Positions 55,806-64,000 of a DNA stretch of 64,000 bases are shown here, in pieces. Made by a program: the position numbers and the translations under genes. Within the stretch, counting starts at the first letter, position 1. The number at the start of each line of letters is the position of its first letter. Source of the DNA: the human T2T-CHM13v2.0 reference genome, Homo sapiens; assembly GCF_009914755.1 (NCBI RefSeq), contig NC_060933.1; one strand, written 5' to 3'. The notes below the pieces were generated by a model. It was not told where the DNA came from. It saw only the letters and a list, made by a program, of their open reading frames with translations, and did no database searches.

Positions 55806-57097
55806 GACGACCAAGTGATACAGTTGTCTTATCAAATGAATTCTTTAAATTGTGACATGAAATGCTGTAAAAGATATTTTATTTTGAATTGTAAAGGTTT
55901 ATTTGGAGTAGAAGATCCTTTTAAGGATACCTTATTAATACCATATACCACAAGTGTAGTTAAAATGGTACAAGACTTTAGTCTTCGGCACTGTTTCTAT
56001 ATGAAGTATATTCTGGTTAACTCACTACTGGGGTTCTATCTTTCCTCCCAAGGCCACCCAAGTCATTTGCACAAGTTCTGATTGCCAGTCAGGTACTCTG
56101 CTGGTTGGTATGTTTCAGCATGTCCTCATCCTTTGTCCTCTGCCTGTCCTGCTGTACTCCAGCTCACCAATCAGCAATTATCTGCAAGTGAAAAGAGAGG
56201 ACTCACTGACCTTGATTTTATATATATGAGTAGATGAATGTCTCTTCCCAACGAACTAGTGTTTATATTGTATTAATCCTATGTATGAAGATTTTTAGTT
56301 GAACATTAAATTATATTTTTGAGATTTTCTAATGTTTATTCCATTGTTTCCTCATCTAGACTAATAAGCAACAATTTATATTTAGTAAATAATATTTAGT
56401 CTTATAAGAAGCATCCCATTTCATAGGACTTTCAGCAAGTCAAGCAAATGAACATAGAATTTTAAACTAAATAGATATTAAGTGCTGGACAGTAGCAAAA
56501 CTACTGTTTTATTACTTATTAAACACAATTAATTAATTAAACACATTAATTAATGATTTACACATTGCAAAGTGTACTTTCACAGTTTTATATTTCTTTC
56601 TTTTTTTTCTATTTGTCTGTTTTAAGTTGCTGGCAGCATCTTTGAGCATTTTAAACAGGCTGAATTCCCAAAGGCTTTCCTCCTGGACAACAGAATTAAA
56701 TGAATTCTGAGGGGTGGGTCAGTTTTTTTTCTCCTGGTTTTGTTAAAAGCTACAATGTTGCAATACACAAAAGTTGGGTTGACACAAGATTAAAATATTG
56801 ATGGTTAACAAAGCTTCTGGATAACGAGCTTATTTGCCTAAGAATGTAAATTGCAAACCTGAACTTGAGAAACCCTTTCATTGACTTTTCCTATCATATC
56901 ACACTCACCACAATAGAAGGGAGTAACATATAAAGCCCCAGCAATACGAAATGGAAAATACCAGATTTTTATTTCAATTGGTACCACTCAGCCTTGGCTC
57001 TCATCTGTCAGTGGACAGAGTTTCTTTCTGGGAAGCCTTATCTGACCACAGAACATTGCGAGAGCAAGAGCGGTGTTTCAGAGCTTAAAGAGTTTTA

Positions 57098-57411
57098 CAG
57101 TAGTTCCCTCTTATCCACGGTTTCGCCTTCAGCAATTTCAATTATATGCAGTTAACTATAGTCTGAAAATATTAAGATATTTTGAGAGAGAGATAAACCA
57201 CATTCATATAACTTTTTACAGTATGTTGTTATAATTGTTCTATTTTATTATTGTTGTTTATTATTATTGTGCCTAATTTTTAAATTAAACTATCATAGGT
57301 AGGTATGTATAGGAAAAAACATGGCATTTAGAAGGTTTGGTGCTATCTGTGGTTTCAGGCATCCACTAGGGGTTTAAGACCATATCCCGTTTGAATAAGT
57401 GGTGACGACCG
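57098..57411 (-). mobile_element. MER44A TcMar MITE
   Basis: ta|cagtagttccctcttatccacggtttcg...ggtttcaggcatccactagggg...ataagtggtgacgaccg|ta, with TA target duplication. Confidence 0.9.
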
Positions 57412-59719
57412 TATTTAGCAGGAGTAAAATTTGGAAAGGCACAGACATAATATACCTCAACAAGAGTGTAAGTGGAGGGATGAGGAAGTCATCAGCCAGT
57501 GTAAAATAAACTTCCCTGTGACACAGAGAATCTCCAAAATATGTATAAAATACAGTTGAATGTTTTTCTATGGTAATTTGCTAACCCAATGTTACCTTTT
57601 GCCAAGATTTGCATGGATACTCAAGAAAGTGAAATTATTCTAATAGATCTTGTTCCTTGATTGGGATCCAGAATCATCTTTCCATGAGATACTGCCTAGC
57701 AAACCGTGTAAGACCAAGACAAGAGTAAAGTCTCATTGGTACACTAATTGATGGTGGCTAATGGGAAGATTAGAGAGACTACCACTTCTCATTTGTCACT
57801 GCAGTGCCCCAAAAATAATTCTATAATGATTTTTTTAGGAATATACTTTTTTTCTGAAAGGAATTAAGGCCATCAAAATATGTTCATCAGGGATAGTAAA
57901 TCAGTTAGTTGCATTTTCCTTAAACTGCTGATCCCAACCAATTCACAGAAATCAGCCCAAACAGGTGATAAGAAAACTCGCTAGCCAATGTTTTATAGTG
58001 ATGTCATCTTACCTTGGGGTAGCCACTGAAATAAACTGTGCCTCAGTTACTTTGACTGTATAATGGGAATGTTTATAACAGCAAAAGTAGTAAGACAAAA
58101 ATTTCTCTAGAAAGTCCACAAATAAATAAGGGGAAGTCATAGCTCTTTCAGAATCAAATACTCCATTGAATCTCCAGACGTGAATGAAGTTTTGCCCCAC
58201 CCAGCTGTGGGGAGGAGCCAGAATTTCAGATGGGGATGCAGTCCAATTTCTTCCCTCTACATTAAGGGCTTATTCCTGAGTAGTCTCTGAACTTGGTAGC
58301 ACAGAATCACAGACATCTTACATAATTTCTCTGTGTCCCTAAGTTGAAATAAGAATGTATTTACTAGCTTCTTCCCTCATGAAAATTCACCAGGCCCTTA
58401 AGAACCTCAACCCTTTAAACCTTCTTAAAGGTCCTAAGCCCCAGAGAAAAGTCTCCGTGCAATCTCAGAGACCAAAAAAATGCACCTATGACATATAAAA
58501 CAGATAGTGGTAAAAGGTTAGGAAAAGATCTACTCTTTCTTGAGCTGTAAACAAACATTCTCCATGTGCTCTACTGCTACATCAGCTGACTAATAAACTA
58601 AGACCAGTTTCAGGGGGAAAATGGGGAAGAGATCATTTACTAAGGAAACCAGGTTTGTTTTGTTTTTCATCTCTTATCCCAGGAACTTAAGACCAAAGGA
58701 AGTCTTCTATTAACAAGTGAGGTTTGCCAGAAATGAATTGATTGCCTTCACAACCTCACCACACTTTTGGAAGGTGTCTCCACCTGCTTGAGCAGGAAAA
58801 GTTTGCAGACCTCAAACCAAAATACAAAGGAGCAAGAGATATTAGCCATAAAATGTGAGCCTAAATCTTCCTCTTTAAATCTTCTACTCTCCCTACAAAA
58901 GTCGGGAGATCTGCATCACTCTATTCAGAGGTTCTGGTCTGCAATGAAATTCTCTCTTAATAAACTGATTCCCCCCTGAGAACCAAGCATCATTTGATAT
59001 TGAATTCATGAGTGCAAGTAGGCATGAGAACACAGGGCATTCCTCTGATGGATTATTACATTATATATTTTATGCCACAATTTCTATAGGGCTTCAGAAA
59101 CTCAAAGGTGCCTGCTATGTGCTTTATACATGTGTAGATGATTATTTTACATTCTAAAAAATAGCATTGCTATTTTAGCTCTTAAAGTCTATACTCATGA
59201 AGTGAAATGAAGAATTTTCATCTGTATCAATCAGTTCAAAGAAAAATCAGATTCCTTGGGTTTGTGGTGACAGTATAAATATTCTATCATCTATTCAGTG
59301 TCTATTTATATCTCTTCTTGAAGTTAGCAGCATGGATGAAATAGTGCATTCTGTCAGGAGAAGTAACACTCAAAATGGCATTGTGCTTTAAGTGGAGTGG
59401 GAAAATTATAAGACTACACAAGTTTATAACCATACTTAGTTGTTTAGGCCATGATATTAATAAGACCAAGATTTAGGATTGAAATTATGAGCCAGTAAAC
59501 CATTCTAGGGTAACTGACTTCCTACCTTTCTCGATTATGAATTTCCAGCTGGCTTTTCCTATGTGTACAATAAAGAACTAGTCAAGAGGGCAAATGGGCC
59601 AGTGGAAGATTTCTCCCATATTAGAAAAATGGCTCAGAGCCCATGCCCTAGGAATGGCAGATAAGGAATGTGATTGTTACTCAAAAATGTGAGCAAATTA
59701 TTAAATTGAAGAGAACCTT

Positions 59720-60045
59720 ACAGAGGTTACAAACTGGCAGACTGCATGCCAAATACCCTTCACAGTGTTGTTTTGTTTGGCCCTTACAGTATCCTTAAAA
59801 CACTAGGATTAGTTACCAACATTACAAGATTGGAAGATGTCACACAAAAATCTGGGTGGCCCTCTGAGTCTGCATTCTTGCTTAGCAACAATCAGCTGGA
59901 TCTGAGCAGCCACTGCTCCTCTGGACAGAGCAGGTACTTACTAGTTCACCTCAGCCCCCTCACCCTGCCGTCTTGTGCCCATCTCCCTTCAACTGTGTCT
60001 ATTACCTACCCAAGCCTCAGAAGGCATATTAGCTTGCAACTTCCT
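59720..60045 (+). mobile_element. MER102-type hAT DNA transposon fossil
   Basis: cagaggttacaaactggcagactgcatgccaaat...ttttgtttggccc...agcaacaatcagctggatctgagcagccactgctcc. Confidence 0.7.
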
Positions 60046-61499
60046 AAAGATCCTGTATGCATGAGATAAACAGTAGTAGGATCTGAGTAGTGTATCTTGC
60101 AAAATAAAAAAGATTCACTTTTTGGTAGGTGTCAAAATTTTCTTTGTAGGAGGGATAGAAAAGTGAGAGCTGCTAAATGTTCAAGAGATGACCCAAGAGC
60201 TTCAACCTTCTCAGGTGTCTATATGGGATCATATGTCCTACAGGCCCTACTCATGAATAAGGCAACAATGTGGCACATGGACTGGGCCCCCATGTACACA
60301 AGTGGAAGGTTGGGGAATGCATATGTTGCTCCCTCTACCCACCCTCTTTCCCCAAAAGTCTGCAAGGCATACCACTTCAAGGACTGACACAAACCTACTT
60401 TTTAATCTAGGGCTCATGTAAGTGTTTCTTTTTACCAACTTACTATTGCCTCAGTAGATGGTTATAAAGCAGCAGCTAGACTAAAGAAGAACTGCCACGT
60501 ACCCAGGCAGACAATTCCCAAAGCTGCACATGCCCCCAAGCACCTTCTCCGAACACCCAAACATTTCCCACAGAAACAATGGATCCATTTTCTGTAGACA
60601 GTCATGGTAATTCTGCAAAACAGATACTGCTTTACATCTCTTTTAAGGATGGTTTATATTTCCAAATATTTATTATATCCTGAATTTGGGTTACTAATTC
60701 TACAGGTAACCCAAATTAGGTTACTAATTTGTAACCTAATTTGGTTACAAATTAGGTAACCCAAATTAGGTTACTAATTCTACAGGTATTTGTTTGCCAA
60801 ATGATTGTTTTGTCCAGGGAGCATTTTCAATCAAACAGATTTCCAAAAGTTACCCCCAGGTTGATGTTCTGTCAGTTGTAGAAGATGAACAGTTCAGACC
60901 ACAAACCAGCTCTATCCATCCTTAGAACTCAGGCTGTAGTGAGGATATTGGCATATGGCTGAAGTATAGCATCTAAGGAGTAAATATTATTTAGCACTAA
61001 CCCTCTCAACTTTTTTGAGATTCTCAAAGCTGAATCCAAATATGCTCAGTGTTAGTTCTGGTGGGCCGTCTACTAGTAAAAGATGTCTCTTCCCTCTATA
61101 AAGCAGAATTCAGCATTTGCCAGCCAGAAAATAAGCTCACTAGCAGACAGACTGAGCACTTTGATGGTGTTGCTCAAGCTTATGCAAATGTTGTCTTTGT
61201 GTAGAACGGGTACAAAAATGCAACTTTTTCTGTGAGATAACATTTCAGAGGACTTAGCTTGTGCTATCTGTCTGTGTGCCAGTCTTGACAGCCATAAACA
61301 CTTTCTCTAACCTTGAGACTTTGGCTGGAGAAGCTGAGAATTAAAAAATATTAATATCATGAAATAGGCTATTACTGGTAGGCTCAGTGCAGCAAATCAT
61401 GCAGAATTTTATTGCTATTCCCTGTGCGGTCTTACCAATTATGTGGGTTTTGTTGTAGCTTTTTTAAATACTGCTATGTCATTACTGCGCATGTATAGA

Positions 61500-61745
61500 T
61501 AGTATGATGGAGTGGTAGAGAGTTCCTTGGGAGCCAGTCTGTCTGGAGTTGTACTCGCTGCATAACCTTGGGCAAAATATTTATCCTCTCTATGCCTCTC
61601 AGTTTTCTTATGCAAAATGGGTATTATGATAGCATAATTACTTATAGGGTTGTTGTGAAGATTAAATGAGATAATAGATAAAACAGGACTTACTACAATG
61701 TTCAGCTTATAGTCAGTACTCATTTAAATGTTAGTTTCTTATTAT
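61500..61745 (+). mobile_element. MIR SINE
   Basis: aaccttgggcaaaatatttatcctctctatgcctc...atagggttgttgtgaagattaaatgagataat. Confidence 0.9.
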
Positions 61746-62974
61746 TTCTGCAGGAAGTGTGGTATGCTTGGTTCTAAAGAGCAGTCTGGGACTTTCACCA
61801 TGCCGTTTATTGCATCAGAAAGGTTATCTGTTGGTTCTCAGAGCCCAGAGTCTACTGATCTTCATTTCAGCCCAGTATCACAGAGGACAGAAAGCCATTA
61901 ATGGAACACACCCAGCAAGACTTTAGTTTATTCTATTTGAAGTCATTGTTTGTTGGTATTGGAAATACATCATTGGTAATGGAGATAGTGGCTACTGTCA
62001 TAGACCCTCAGACTCATGGAGCTATAGGAAAAAGGGAGGCAGGAGCCACAGAATGAGTCTGGGAGCTGCCTTTAGAGTGGATAGCCAGTTATGCTAATGA
62101 AAGCTTCTGGCACTAGGACTGGCTATCAATGGATGGGAAGTTGTGTTGTTGGATACAAAACAACGATGCAAAAACAAATGCTATGGAATGTGTTGAAAGT
62201 GATGATACACCCAGGGCTCAGGTGGACTGGGTCCCCATCCCCCGTCCAATCTCAGCCCTAATGCAGTGGTCCAGCCAGAGATCTTCAGGGTAATGGCAGA
62301 GCCACCCAACCTATACCCACACTAAGTATTGCCTTCAGACTAAATAACTAGTATCTCAAATAGATAAATGCAGCCATTTTTCAAATGTGATGTTTTACTG
62401 AGTGCATCGATAGCATTTTATAATTGTTAATCCTCCCCATCAACAGCTTCCAAAAGTACGACTCAGGATGGGTCTGAAAACTTACCTGTTCCAAAGCAGG
62501 CCTTTTTATTCCAAATTTTGGGAACTACTCTCCCTAGCATAATCTCAAAATATATCAAGGACTGAAAGAGTAAAAATATATGAAAATACAAAAGCAAATG
62601 GAGTTTTCCAAAGGTTGAGTAACATATTCTATATAAAACCCCACACTTTTATTTTCTTTTAATGTAAGCAGGTGTCTGCTATCAGATTTTTCAACCAGGT
62701 CACAAATTATTCCGAAGTTGTCAAACTGAAAATGTAGTGCCTTTTGGTAATCTTGGTAAAGTCCTCTCCTCCTTCTGAATTCTGTGTTAGACAGAAGGCA
62801 GCTGATAGCTATAGTCTACCTTTTGCCTTGTCCTGACCATTAGATTATGAAGAACAGCCTCATTGGTACTATACCGTCAACTAGTCCCTTTTTTCTCCGC
62901 TATAAAAAGCTATTCACATGGTTTGTGCATATTACCACTCAATTCTAACCCTATGTAAGCTCATGAGCATTTAG

Positions 62975-63357
<383 letters not shown>

Positions 63358-63466
63358 TTAAAGAGCATAAGATACTTATAAATTTACCAAAGTGTTAATG
63401 ACCTACAGATGTTAATGGCATATAAAATCTAGAGTTAACAGATATATTGTAGAGAAGTGTATTTTG

Positions 63467-63765
63467 GGCCAGGTGCAGTCGCTCATGCCTGTAAACCCAG
63501 CACTTTGGGAGGCCAAAGCAGGTGGATCACTTGAGTCCAGGAGTTCAAGACCGGCCTTGGCAACATGGCAAAACCCTATCTCTACAAAATATACAAAAAT
63601 TAGCCAGGCATGGTGGCACATCCCTGTAGTCCCAACAACTTGGGAGGCTGAGGCAGGAGAATCATTTGAGCCTGGGACATGGAGGTTGCAGTAAGCCTAG
63701 ATGGTACCACTGCACTCCAGCCTGGGTGACAGAATGAGAACCTGTCTGAAAAGAAAAGAAAAAAG
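63467..63765 (+). mobile_element. Full-length AluJ
   Basis: ggatcacttgagtccaggag...ggcaacatggcaaaacccta J-type features; TSD agagaaRtRtatttt. Confidence 0.92.
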
Positions 63766-63848
63766 AGAGAAATATATTTTATTTATTTGTATTTGTATGG
63801 TTGTTTTGAAAACAATAAAATTGTATGCAAATGAGTACATATGTAATG

Positions 63849-63851
<3 letters not shown>

Positions 63852-63897
<46 letters not shown>
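63852..63897. repeat. Perfect (GT)23 microsatellite
   Basis: Directly counted. Confidence 0.98.
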
Positions 63898-63899
<2 letters not shown>

Positions 63900-64000
63900 T
63901 TTCAGATTATTTTATTCTGGGAATCATTGTTCCTACTTCTTATGCTACTCCACATGGACAAAGTTGGAATATTTTCTCTAAATGTGGCACATGTTTTTAT

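Overview
This is AT-rich (roughly 37% GC by eye), CpG-poor primate genomic DNA, almost certainly human or great ape, since it carries AluJ/S/Y and L1PA/L1PB elements. I recognise no protein-coding exon, RNA gene, CpG island or intact mobile element, and I cannot name the locus. It reads as a large intron or intergenic region. It contains 10 Alus, many ancient MIR, L2, CR1 and L1M fragments, several DNA-transposon fossils (Tigger3, MER44, MER5, MER33, MER102), two LTR fossils and microsatellites. All listed ORFs are explained by Alus, simple repeats, LINE remnants or chance. Repeat families were assigned from remembered consensus sequences, so the boundaries of old repeats are approximate. I found no convincing new biological system. 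The most noteworthy structures are: (i) several short mosaic inverted/direct templated-insertion scars, best at 60683-60788 and 44820-44884; (ii) two opposite-orientation Alus inserted into one ~30-bp target, enclosing a ~175-nt purine tract with (GGAA)11 and a triplicated target; (iii) two further close inverted Alu pairs; (iv) a perfect 19-bp-stem hairpin; (v) a perfect 66-bp tandem duplication; (vi) candidate non-coding exons and enhancer-like motif clusters that need alignment or expression data.
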